Shown here in pieces: positions 25,864 through 37,559 of a stretch of 43,018 bases of DNA. The stretch is from Octopus sinensis (Eukaryota): assembly GCF_006345805.1 (NCBI RefSeq), contig NW_021832369.1:1-43018 (forward strand), in the 5' to 3' direction. The position numbers and the translations under genes are program-made. The notes under the pieces were generated by a model. That model worked only from the letters and a program-made list of their open reading frames with translations, searched no databases and was not told the origin of the DNA. Positions within the stretch are counted from its first letter, which is position 1; every line of letters starts with the position of its first letter.

Positions 25864-26091
25864 TTAACCAATTAGCATTGAAACCAGCCACATTCGGACA
25901 AAATATTGTACCTGCTTTATGTTCAAGCTGGCCAGATCCTGCCTCTCGCATGTACCTTACAATGTCATTCTAAAAGTAAACAATTATATCATTGATATCT
26001 CAAAACAACAAGGTAATTCATGATTAATTCAAAGCAATATGAATAAATAAGCAATACACGTCACAGAGAAACATGAATATTATAGGGTTAA
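25864..26091. mobile_element. TTAA-flanked MITE (piggyBac-like), degenerate TIRs
   Basis: TTAA|CCAATTAGCATT ... AATATTATAGGG|TTAA; its right end recurs at 36975-37027. Confidence 0.5.
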
Positions 26092-26608
26092 ACAAGGGTT
26101 GTTATGAAGTTTTTTATGTGATCTTGATTGGGAAACAAAGTATGTAGTTGTCCATGTTTGTTGTATTGTCCAAATGCCCCTTTTGAAATTCGATCTTCGT
26201 TACATTATGACTATTTTATAGCTATAAGTTATCACTATTTGTTAACTTCAACGTTGTTACTTGTAGTAATAAGCTGGTGAAATTCCGAGCAGCGTTTATA
26301 TTTTTAACGCTGTGGACACAGCCGAACTGAATTGTACTGTCCCAGTGTCGAAACCACAACGATGTCCATTTAAGCAGCTGATGATGGGAATGCACATATG
26401 TTATGATCGACTGTGAATTTCTTATATCTTTGTCTCGTTATTCTGGATTCCCCTTCATTCCTATAAAGTGTAAAGTGTTTGTGGCTTAATAGTTTATGAG
26501 GATACCTTATCTTGATACTGTTTGGTTTTCTTTATAGGTAACCAAATTAGGCTTGGACAAGGCTTAGATATTGCTATCTAGTTTTAGGAGGTTCTGTGGC
26601 ATATGATA

Positions 26609-26852
26609 AACAAGGGTTGTTGTGGACGAGCACCGTTTGAGCTAGTGGGGGAACCTCTTACTGGTCTCTCACTTGCTGCAATTTATAACCAAATATACCT
26701 CTAATCAGATCTTACTATATTAAACAAGTGTTGTTGTGGACGAGTGCCATCCGAGCCAGTGAGGAACTCTCTTAGTAGTCGTTTACTTGCTCGAAGTTGT
26801 AGTCAAATCTCCTCCAAACCACTTTATTCTTATTCACCAAGTGTTGTGGATC
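26609..26852. repeat. Diverged tandem repeat, period about 114 bp (2 units plus the start of a third)
   Basis: ACAAG.GTTGTTGTGGACGAG at 26609 and 26723; ACCAAGTGTTGTGGA at 26836. Confidence 0.65.
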
Positions 26853-27001
26853 GACTTGTAAGAAATTGTAACTAAATCGCACTCAAATTTCCAGAAAATA
26901 GAAAAATCCAGAAATCTTGGCTACTTCCGGTCCCAAGCTTACCGAATATTTGCTACGACATTGTGTACGTATTCGTATAGGTACAGTATCGCCTATATCG
27001 T

Positions 27002-27040
<39 letters not shown>

Positions 27041-27058
27041 CGTTAGCTCTCCCTATAT

Positions 27059-27090
<32 letters not shown>

Positions 27091-27103
27091 GGGAGAGCTA
27101 ACG
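27041..27103. repeat. Perfect 14-bp inverted repeat around an (AT)n spacer
   Basis: CGTTAGCTCTCCCT (27041-27054) and AGGGAGAGCTAACG (27090-27103). Confidence 0.92.
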
Positions 27104-27270
27104 AAAAAAAACAAAAGACAAAGACAGGTGGTGTACAAAACAAACAGATGTATTAGTATAACGCTCAAGAATAGAAAAGGTCTTTTACGTTTCGAGCCTA
27201 CGCTCTTCTACAGAAAGGGACACAGAAAAAACAAGGAGAGACACAAGGAGAGACAAAATTGTGTGAAAAA
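27090..27270 (-). mobile_element. Hammerhead-bearing short element, family B
   Basis: Fold at 27182-27217 is CUUU-CUGUAGA-A-GAGC(GUAG)GCUC-GAA-ACGU-A^AAAG; the element abuts (TA)n. Confidence 0.65.
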
Positions 27271-27984
27271 AATATATATACAGCATGGGCATAGACGCTA
27301 TGTCGCAATATTTTATGCACATACACACTATATTAAACTATATTGTACACATATACACAATGCTAGCATTACATTCAACATCATTTTTTAAAAAAACTAG
27401 TATTAAAAACAAAATAGCATGCGAAAATTTCTTAAGGTTGTCATGCTTTAAAATTCTATTCACCTTTATTTCATAAGGCCGTTTGCGACTAGAACATCAG
27501 CAACAACAACAGCAATAGCATTAAAATCAATTACAACATCATGACTAATGGGAAGAAGCGAGTAGAAATCTATAGTCGAATGCCCAAATGACAATTACGA
27601 TCTGCTATGACCTCTGGTGGTGTATTTTGCACGAATTTAATTAGAAGCCAGGATATGAGCCTCTAAGGGAAGAAGACACATACACACAGACACACATACA
27701 CAATACATAAGATATAGACACACACGTACGGATGTAATGTATGAGATGCATACAGACATATGCACAGAAGCAAACAGAACAGGCAAATACACAAAAATAG
27801 GCAGAATTACTGGAGAGAATACTAACACGATTTGACTAAAACCAGACGAGAACGTAAAGACGCCATTTTTAAAGAAGCGAGGGTACGTCGAGATACACGA
27901 TGTCACTTCTGTGTGGTCGCCCGATCAGCTAGAAATAGCAACCAAATCTCCGTTAAAACTTCAGCACAAAGTGGTGTATCTTTT

Positions 27985-28242
27985 ATCTTTTATCGTTCCT
28001 TTGTTGCAGTCATTAGACTGTGGCCATGCTGGGGTACCGCATTGAAGCACTTTTAGTCGAATGACACCACCCCAGTATTTTCTTTGTTTTATTTTTAAAG
28101 CTTGTTACTTTTCTTTCTCAGTATCTTTGCCGAAACGCTAATTTACGGGGACGAAAACACAGACACCGACTGTCAAGTAATGGTGGAGCATAAACACACA
28201 CATACGCGCACACACAAACACACACACATGCACGCATATTTA

Positions 28243-28274
<32 letters not shown>

Positions 28275-28440
28275 CGACGGGCTTCTTTCAGTTTCCGTCT
28301 ACCAAATACTCTCAAAGGCTTTAGTCGGCAACCGAGGCTATATTAGAAAACATTTGCCCAAGGTGCCACACATGGCGCTGAACCCAGAACCATATCGCTG
28401 AGAGGCGAACTTCTTACCACACAGCCACCCCTGCACCTAT
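27985..28440 (-). mobile_element. OK-like tRNA SINE (diverged)
   Basis: Reverse-complement homologue of 6846-7255; a further 3' fragment follows at about 28455-28530. Confidence 0.75.
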
Positions 28441-28663
28441 AGTCTGCATGATACTTTTAGCTTTTACTGGTTCCAGCCATTGAACTGCGGCCATGTTGGG
28501 GCACAGCCTTAAAGGGTTTAGTCGAACAACAGTAGATTTTATTTTAATGCCTGCTATTTACTACTGTATATTTCTGCTGCATATGTTATTTCGTGTATCC
28601 TGGTGATACGGGGTTATCAGATAAACTCGATCGTTAAATAAATTCGATGAAATTTGTGGACCA

Positions 28664-29025
28664 TCAGATAAATTCGTTCCTCGTCCCATCTCTACTGCTT
28701 GATAACCGATGTTAGTTTGTTCAGGTCCGCGTAACCTAGCAGTCCGACCAAAGATACCCAAAGGATAATAAACCAGATTTTATTAGATTGTCAGATAAAT
28801 CCATTCTCCCTCATCGCCACAATTTGATAACCAGTGTTAGTTTGTTCACGTCCGCGTAACCTAGCGGTCCGACAAAAGGATAATAAACCAGATTTTATTG
28901 GTAGGTTGTCAGATAAATTCATTCTCCCTCATCGCCACAATTTGATAACCGGTGTTGGTTTGTTCATGTCCCCGTAACTTAGCGGCCCGACCAAAGGCAT
29001 CGAGAGGATAAGTACTACATTTTAA
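28664..29025 (+). repeat. SINE-derived minisatellite, 3 units of about 120 bp
   Basis: TCAGATAAAT unit starts at 28664, 28791 and 28909; each contains TTGATAACC..TGTT.GTTTGTTCA.GTCC.CGTAAC.TAGC, matching the OK-SINE body. Confidence 0.8.
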
Positions 29026-29479
29026 CCCATTAACTACGAAATTAAATTCTATGGATGTTCTAGCAATGACATTTAATAGCTTGTTAAAACTAGAATTGAT
29101 ATTTCCAACTAATCATGCTGCCTCAATAAACTTGGCATTTTTCAACAGAAAACATGGTATTTCTCAATAAAAGATAAACTGATAAATAAAATCTGCTTTC
29201 CGCAGATCAGAGCAATTAAATTTGGGATGGGCATATCTACGTTCGGGTGTAGAAGAGTTTTTTTAAAAACTAAGTACTTGAGTCAATTTGTTCGACTATA
29301 CTTAAATGACTGTAGTCCAATGACTGAAACACGTAAAAGCGAAAAGAAAGAGATCATAAAAATTCCTTATATTCCATTTTGTTCATGCTTTTGTCTATGT
29401 TATCCTTGTCAGCAAGGCCGAATTCAGATCTTTACAGAACCTGAGCACTTAAAAGATTTTGGTGCTCTCTCTATATATA

Positions 29480-29695
29480 TATTCTTTTATTCTTTTACTT
29501 GTTTCAGTTATTTGAACTGCAGCCATGTTGGAGCACCGCCTCGAAGGGTTTTGGTCGAACAAATTGACCTCAGGATTTTTTTTAGCCTGGCAATTACTCT
29601 TTTCGTCTCTTTTGCCGAATCACAGGGACGTAAATACATCAACACCGGTTGTCAAGCGGTGATGAGGAACAAACACAGACATAAACACACACACA
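29480..29695 (-). mobile_element. OK-like SINE 3' half
   Basis: GGCCATGTTGGAGCACCGCC-type and GGGACGTAAATACATCAACACCGGTTGTCAAG blocks. Confidence 0.65.
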
Positions 29696-29699
29696 TACG

Positions 29700-30039
29700 T
29701 GTTATTATGTGAATCTTCATCCACTTCGTATGTTATTGTCGGCACTGTAATATTCTTATCGTCGCTATTATGATGTGGTGGTATTCCGCATCTGATTATC
29801 TTTGACTATCGTCTATCGTGCTATTGCTGGTTTCTCCGCAAGACAACGACTTTGAAACGTCTACCTTGACGGTACCTCAAACTGGTATATATCACGTAAC
29901 TGACACTGACTCCAACTGACGACTCGTACAACGACTCTACTACTACTAACCTCCTACAACGACTGACTGTCTGATTTTATAGTGTCTGGTTCATACCACT
30001 TTGTAACGTGGGTAGGGGAATACCATTTTCACTACAACA
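29700..30039 (-). repeat. Putative 3' LTR of the gypsy element
   Basis: Purine-rich AATAGGGGATA precedes TGTTG; ends TAACA (TG...CA with TGTT/AACA inverted ends). No second LTR in the window to confirm. Confidence 0.5.
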
Positions 30040-30704
30040 TATCCCCTATTAGTTTTTTTTTTGAGAAGAAGTATATAATTTATTTTTCTTTATTCACCCC
30101 TCCTTCCTTGTTTGAGATTTTTCCAACTAAATATTTTTTTTCTTTTTGGCGTCTATTTGTAGGAATTCAGTGTTCTTCTTTTTCTTCCACTTGTACGCGT
30201 GGGTTCAACCACCTGTAAATGTGTTGATATCTGGAATGTGTCATACAGTCATTCCATAGGTTCTTCCATTTAATCTTGAGAACACTTCTTCTGGGATTGG
30301 TAATGGACAATTGTGTTCGACTAAACAGTCATTTAAGCCAGTTGAAAAGTTCACACACACTCTTAATTTTTTTTTTGTCTTTAAACCGTCAGAGTTGCCC
30401 AGTCTTTTTCGACTTTTTCAATTATAGCTAGTCTTTCTAGTCTTTCTATCTCTTTATTGGCCTGGTCAAACACCGCAAACGGTACGTTCCGTTTGGGCCT
30501 AATAACAGGTGTTGCCTATGCTTTTACTGCGATCCTCGCTTTTTGTTTCAGTACAACAGTCTAATCCTTCCAGAAAATAAAAATATTTGGAAAATTTTTA
30601 AAAAATTTTTTGTCACAGTTGTTCGATTCATTCGAACTTTTAACCGTGCCTACTACATTTTCACAGAGAACACTAATGAGGGTATTCCACATTTGAAATG
30701 GGGG

Positions 30705-31087
30705 AAGCACTCCGTCGGTTACGACGATGAGGGTTCCGGTTGATCCGAATCAACGGAACAGCCTGCTCGTGAAATTAACGTGTAAGTGGCTGAGCACTCC
30801 ACAGACACGTGTACCCTTAACGTAGTTCTCGGGGATATTCAGCGTTACACAGAGAGTGACAAGGCCGGCCCTTTGAAATACAGGTACAACAGAAACAGGA
30901 AGTAAGATTGAGAGAAAGTTGTGGTGAAAGAGTACAGCAGGGATCACCACCATCCCCTGCCGGAGCCGCGTGGAACTTTTAGGTGTTTTCGCTCAATAAA
31001 CACTCACAACGCTCGGTCTGGGAATCGAAACCGCGATCCTATGACCGCGAGTCCGCTGCCCTAACCACTGGGCCATTGCGCCTCCAC
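30705..31087 (-). mobile_element. OR1-like SINE inserted into the gypsy pol region
   Basis: Near-identical to 10906-11288; ATTTGAAAT duplicated on both sides; splits LFGTECMQLFQ/WNTLIS. Confidence 0.88.
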
Positions 31088-32059
31088 AATATTTGAAATA
31101 ACTGCATGCATTCTGTGCCAAATAGGTCTAATGATTTTTTTCAACACAAATGATTGTCCTTTTCGTTTCACCTCTAAAAGTTACATTGCAAATATACTCA
31201 CCGATGAAATATAATTTCTTTCCTGTAACACCATATGCTACTTTATTTGATTTAAATAACTTTGGCTTACTGATTTGTCACCATGTTTCTTCATTTATGA
31301 TAGTGATGTTACTACCCGTGTCTAATTGCATTTTGACACTAGTGGTTTCGATTCTCACCTTGATGAATTTTCTATTCGTTTGTACAAACTGTTTTCTCTG
31401 ATGACAAACTATTTATTTTTTTCTCGTTTGGTCCAATTTTTCGTCATCTTAGTTTTGCAGCTCGATTTAATGTGTCCTGTATTCTCACAACGAAAACACG
31501 TTGCTGTTTTGAACGGAGGTTCTTTTCTCAGTAGCCTACCACCGCATGCCATACATGGGTCTATCTCCTGTTGTATATCGTGTCTTTTGTAAAACACTTT
31601 ATCCGTCTTCCTACTTTTCCACTCTGGTTTTATATGCAAACAATCTCTGCGTTGGATTTCTTCTGGGTCGTGCCTTACTTTTAATATCATATCGCACACT
31701 TCTGACACAGTTTCTGGTGAGTTGTATCCTGGTTGATTTCCAGCTTTGCGAGAATTTTCGTTCTGACTTCTGCGTCCTTTTTAGCAGTAGGTCCCTGAAC
31801 TTGAACGAGCCTAGAGTTAGTTTATCCAGTTAATATCTCTCGTTCTCTCTGTTCACTCTACCCGCATATGTGGTAAGATCTTCGTCATCGTTTTTCTCTG
31901 TATTCAAACACTTTCCAACGTGTGCTGAACAACGATGATTTTTCACTGAACATTTTACATAAAATGTCGACTGTGTCCGTGAAATTTATGTCAGAAACTT
32001 TTTTAGGCAATATAAAGTTACAGTGTTTTTCGTGCTCTGTCGTCGCCAGTTACCTCAGA

Positions 32060-32112
<53 letters not shown>

Positions 32113-32757
32113 CAACAATAGGCATTTTGCCTAGAGTGGAAAGCATTATTTATCGTTTTTGTGTGGGGCTAGCGGGACTGATTTTGTTTGGTATTGATTT
32201 GACTTGTGCTCTGTTAGTGTAGTTAATCAGCCATTAGTGTGAAGATTTGCAACACAATTACTTATATGGAACAAAAAGCAATAACGTTTCATTAATGAGC
32301 GAATATATTACTAAGACAAGTAGCCTGCAATATTTTCATTTGCTGTCAGTTTCCTTTGTTGTTATTTGATCAATGTTAATGGATATATTTCTGCTTCAAT
32401 GAAGTGGAGATGTCTCCTTGGTTGTCCACAGTACCTTATTATTGATATAAGTGGTTCTGGCAAAAGAGGTTGTGCGGTGTACGAGGTGGAAAGGATTGAG
32501 AACAGTCACCTTCTTCTCCGGTCAAACTCTCATCGACTTCTTAAGTTTCATTATTCTGTGTAATAAAATTTTTATTTATTTATTTTGTCTACGGTCACTA
32601 TTTGCTTCTATCTAGAAATCAAAGGAAATGACTACTATTCCCTTCAAACTTTGCTCTTGTGACCTGGATATCAGTGTTTTCTAACTGACCTATTTTCCAT
32701 TACATTTCAGAGAGATTCCCCACGGAGTTTTTTGCTGCAGCAGAAATATCGTTATAG

Positions 32758-32922
32758 TCAATATTCTGATCAATTCCACAGATTTGCTTGTCAGTTGCTT
32801 GATCTTAATCACTTGACCATATCCCTTAGTGGCTGATAATACGTGCATCTCTAATCATGAGCAAGAGTAGCGAGGGAGCATCATGACCATGTGTTGAGAG
32901 GGATTTTGGGGGGTTTGAATAA
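32758..32922 (+). mobile_element. Old partial copy of the 500-bp element in opposite orientation
   Basis: CCACAGATTTGCTTGTCAGTTG...CCCTTAGTGGCTGA...CCATGTGTTGAGAGG. Confidence 0.7.
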
Positions 32923-33051
32923 ATGTAACGAAAACAAAGTTTGAAAGAAATATTAGCCATTTTTCACACCTTCTACGGGTAAACAAATAGGAAATAACAG
33001 TTGCTACTCAACGACAAAAATAGTGTTACACATTGTTATTATTTTTCTATT

Positions 33052-33425
33052 GTGGAGGCGTAATGGCCCAGTTGTTAGGGCAGTGAACTCGCGGTCATAG
33101 GATCACGGTTTCGATTCCCACACCGGGCGTTGTGAGTGTTTATTGGGCGAAAACGCCTAAAGCTCCACGTGGCTCCGGCAGTGTGTGGTGGCGAACCCTG
33201 CTGTATTCTTCCACCACGACTTTCTCTCACTATTTCTTCCTGTTTCTGTTGTACCTGTATATTATCACACTCTGTGTTATGCTGAATCTCCTCGGGAACT
33301 ACATTAAGGGTACACGTGTCTGTGGAGTGCTCAGCCACTTGCATTTAATTTCACGAGCAGGCTGTTCCATTGATCGGATCAATTGGAACCCTCATCGTCG
33401 TAACCGACGAAGTGCCACGACGACG
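33052..33425 (+). mobile_element. OR1-like SINE (older)
   Basis: Homologous to 10906-11288; perfect 11-bp TSD ATTTTTCTATT (33041-33051, 33426-33436). Confidence 0.88.
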
Positions 33426-34107
33426 ATTTTTCTATTATGATACCTGTATAACTGGTCCACCCATTCTCTTTTTCTCGGTATCTGTTTTATTAGGAATTAT
33501 CACCCTTTTTAGACATGTTGCTTGTACAATAGATTAAAAAGTTATACTGAGTATTCGGGCTAAATTTCACAGTTTGCATAAAAGGAAAGCGATCAAGTGC
33601 GTTTGGCTGCCAGCATTACTTCTGTTCGAATTGATTTCATATTCAGTGTAACGATACACTTTAATTGGCTAATGAATGGCATGCAAATCATTTTCACTAT
33701 AAATCAATAAATAAAGAACTATTAGCAATTAAAGTTTGAACATTTTGGTAATTTTAGCAACTCGTAAGCCAGAGATACATTCATGCCTGTTTCCATAGTA
33801 AGAAGCAGACATGAGAACTCCTTTGTCTGCGAGAAAGCAAATGTTGGCAAATATATTGAAATCACGTGTATTACCTATCAGTTGAGAGTTGAGCATATGA
33901 ATTTGTATGACGCAGGAGATAAGAAAATTGTGATTTGTTCGAGAAACTGATTGAATGTATTTCGAACTTTCGTTTTTAATTAAATGGTCAACAAAATGTT
34001 TGTTTTTCCGAAATATTTAATTTGTAATGTGCTATTTTGTTTTTAGATAAATCTTTTTTAGTTCGTGCTACCGCATTAAATGCGTATTGACTGCTTAAAA
34101 CAAAGAG

Positions 34108-34505
34108 ATTAAGTCGATTACATCAACCTCAGTGCGTAACTAGTACTTAATTTATCGACCCCGAACGGATGAAAGGCAAAGTCGACCTCGGTGGAATTTG
34201 AACTCAGAACGTAAAGACAGACGAAATACCTATTTCTTTACTACCCACAAGGGGCTAAACACAGAGAGGATAAACAAGGACAGACAAACCGAGTAAGTCG
34301 ATTACATTGACCCCAGTGCTTGACTGGTACTTAATTTATCGACCCCCAAAGGATGAAAGGCAAAGTCGACCTCGGCGCAATTTGAACTCAGAACGTAGCG
34401 GCAGACGAAATACCTCGGCGAATTTGAACTCAGAACGTAACGGCAGACGTAATACCGCTAAGCATTTCGCCCTGCGTGATAATGTTTCTGTCAGCTGGCT
34501 GCCTT
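34108..34505 (-). mobile_element. Multimeric Nin-type SINE
   Basis: Repeated GATGAAAGGCAAAGTCGACCTCGG...GAACTCAGAACGTA blocks. Confidence 0.8.
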
Positions 34506-34794
34506 TAGTGCCTTCTTTTCTTTCACCAAGTCTCTCACCGTTATTCCGCAGGCTTACGGGCTGAGAGAGCCACGTGATTCAAGGAAATTTGAGGTTCAAA
34601 ACAAAATGCTCTCTCCCATGAATTCGTCCAGAAGATGGGTAAATTTGGCAAAATGACAAAATGATTAGGATGAATGGAACTACTCGAAGCAGGCATGTGT
34701 AAGTTGGAGGACAACACTTGGTGTCAAGAGTCACCTAGACTTCTGGGTTTCTTGGTTAGTTCCCGTTAGAGGCTATTATCCTGTATCAGAAAGT

Positions 34795-34970
34795 TTAGCA
34801 GCATTTCGTCCGTCTTTACGTTCTGAGCTGAAATTCCGCCGAGGTCGGCTTTGCTTTTCATCCCTTCGGGGTCGATAAATTAAGTGCCAGTTGCGTACTA
34901 GGGTCGATCTAATCGACTAGACTCCTCCCACCAAATTTCAGGCCTTGTGTCTATAGTAGAAAGGATTATT
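34795..34970 (+). mobile_element. 5'-truncated Nin-type SINE
   Basis: Nin block plus CAGGCCTTGTGTCTATAGTAGAAAGG-ATT tail. Confidence 0.75.
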
Positions 34971-34990
34971 ATTATTATTATTATTGTAAT

Positions 34991-35028
<38 letters not shown>

Positions 35029-35031
<3 letters not shown>

Positions 35032-35364
35032 AAGGCGCATGGCTCAGTGGTTAGAGCGTCGAGCTTACGTTCGTGAGGTTGTGAATTCGAATCCCTGACC
35101 AGGATGCGCGTTGTGTTCTTGAGTAAGGCACTTTATTTCACGTTGCTCCAGTTCCCTCAGCTGTAGAAATGAGTTGCGACGTCACAAGTGCCAAGCTGTA
35201 TCGGCCCCTTTGCTTTTCCCTTGGATAACACTGGTGGCGTGGAGAGGGGAGGCCGGTATGCATGGGCGACTGCTGGCCTTCCATAAACAACCTTGCCCGG
35301 AGTTGTGCCTGGGAGGGTAACTTTATAGGTGCAATCCCATGGTCAGTCATGACCGAAGGGGGGG
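35029..35364 (+). mobile_element. OR2-like SINE between (TAG)n and (CAG/TAG)n tracts
   Basis: Homologous to 8184-8522. Confidence 0.85.
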
Positions 35365-35376
35365 CTCAACAGCAGT

Positions 35377-35451
<75 letters not shown>

Positions 35452-35499
35452 TACTGTTGTTGTTATTGTTGTAGCAGCAGTAGCAGCAGCAGCAGCTGC

Positions 35500-35551
<52 letters not shown>

Positions 35552-37559
35552 TCATTATTATTGTTATTCGGAAAATTTAGATTTTTACCACGTTTTACTT
35601 GATGGAAAATAACTTTTGATGAGGGACGATGTATTTTGCCAACAAGATGTTTTCGAACATTAAAGCTTCACCTCTATACCCCCGGGGTGGGGGTAGGGCG
35701 GAAATAAGTTTTGTATTTAGATCATTATTATATTTTAACGAACGTCTATTATATCATTTGTTTACTTGTGGCGCCCTCTGAGAGCGCTGTGAGAGGTGTT
35801 ACTACGTTTGCGGTAGCAATGATTAACTACAAAACAAAACAAAACAAAAATTTTGAAAACCAAAATAATGAAGATTTTTAAAAAGATAAATAGTTAAAAA
35901 AAATAATGACAGTTGAAATTAAATAGCCAGACAGTGTGATAAACACAGACATTTACACTTTGACAAACAGAAATTAAAAAAATAAATTAGAATATCGTAA
36001 ATTTTAACCAAGAAAGCAGAACGTCTCCTACTAACGTAGTAATGGAAACGATAGTACGTCTTTTTTGTCCGTATTACGAACGCATGGCATGGGTGATCTG
36101 CAGAAAAATAATGGAAGAGATACGTTACAAATGATAGTGCCTCCTTCCTCAAAGAATTTCAGCGAGTAAATAGCAAGGAGAAACTGGGCGTAACTAGGTT
36201 TCTCCAGAAGTAATGTGTCTTCGAAAGAACGGTAAGAGGAAATTCTGTGTGGTACGTGGAAGGATATGTTTTCTGTTTGTATGTCTGACTGTCGCTTTCT
36301 CCCTCTCGCTCTCTCTCACAGTCTCTCTCTCTCTCTTGCTGTCTGTCTGTCTGTCTCTCTGTCTGTTTATCTCTCTCTCTCTCTCACTCTGTATGTGTGT
36401 GTTTGCTTGTGTTCTTGTGCGTGTATATGTATCTGTCTTCAGCACCAAATGCCCATCACCAAAACAGCGGCGCACCAAAACCATTGCGCATTATCGTCGC
36501 ATTCCGTTGATGTCTACACATCCTAATGACTACCGAAGTTGCTTCCATTGTGTAATCAAAGAGACAAGCAACCAGACATATGATGTCGAGTAGAATGCTC
36601 TGTTATTACACAGATGGGAATAAGAGGGATACTTGAGGGATTTCTGTCAATGGCAGGAGAAGAAGCAATATAGAAAAGAGAGCAGTGGACAACAATAGAG
36701 GAAGTAGCAATAAGAGCAGCCCCGGGAGCGAAACCTGTGGCCGATGCTGCTGCATCAACACCTATTAATATTCTGACGATGGTCAAAGCGAAGGAAATCC
36801 AGTGAATCTCTATTGGACCGGTGATGAAGAGTGGAGAAATAAGAAGTCTAGAGATATCATATTATAGGACAGAGCCTTTAGTGACAAGGCGGAAATAAAG
36901 ACAGTAGGAATGTGATCTGGGTGTCAAGGGGGCGGCAGCCTCCAAAAAGTTTGGGAACCACTGTTCTATACAATGTGAATAAATAGGCATTACATTTGAC
37001 AGAGTAATTTGAAAGCTAAAGGGTTAATGTTCGCTTTCTACACATCTGGGTCAGATGTGGGTTTCGTACATCAGCTGAGTCTTGTTGGACCCTTAGTAGG
37101 GGAAGAGACGAGTGAGTTCACCAGAAGGACGGACAACTGTCAGGAAAAGCAGTAAAAGAGGAATGAACCAAGACCAAAGGTAAGATGCTTAAAAAAAACA
37201 TCCCGGAGATCCATATTTCTCCCAATTGCCAATAAATTTCTAATATATTTGTTAAGCGGTCTGCTAGGCAAAGAGAGCAATTAGCTAATTTAGAAGAAAA
37301 TAAAGTCCAAATTTTGAGAATATTTAAATGATAGATTGCTGGTAAAAATATTAGGGGCAATCAATGTACACAAAAATTTGTGTTTTCAAGGGGATCTCGA
37401 GGGTTTCAAGGACAATTTCGGCAGCAACAAATTGAAGAATTGGGAGCAAAGCAGAATAGCTTAGAGGTTGTGAGGTGACTTGATAACAGCGGTTTCTTAT
37501 ATGATGACCTAGTTGTGTGTGTGTGTGTGTGTGTGTGGTGTTTATAGTGTACGATTGGA

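Larger units (their letters stand above)
29700..32058 (-). mobile_element. Internally deleted Ty3/gypsy LTR retrotransposon
   Basis: gag (TEHEKHCNFILPKK...TYAGRVNRE; knuckle CFRCENTGHIKSSC), protease (MQLDTGS), RT N-terminus (PVIRPKRNVPFA...RVCVNFSTGLND...PLPIPEEVFSRLNG), then a jump to a post-integrase tail and an LTR. Confidence 0.88.

Noticed and set aside
26340-26400. GAAAC...GUC...CUGAUGA as a permuted (type II) hammerhead
   Set aside because: Helices I and II do not pair in register.
28664-29025. CRISPR-like array
   Set aside because: Whole units are homologous with no unique spacers; SINE-derived; eukaryotic context.
30619-30681. Plus-strand exon-like segment VRFIRTFNRAYYIFTENTNE
   Set aside because: It is the antisense of the gypsy protease-RT linker.
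27608-35780. CTCF-like motifs at 27608-27620 and 35769-35780
   Set aside because: Partial matches only; expected by chance in 43 kb without chromatin data.
36440-36860. Unique island with a hydrophobic minus-strand frame (LLISPLFITGPIEIHWISFALTIVRILIGV...)
   Set aside because: No recognisable domain, no convincing donor, and competing short frames on both strands.
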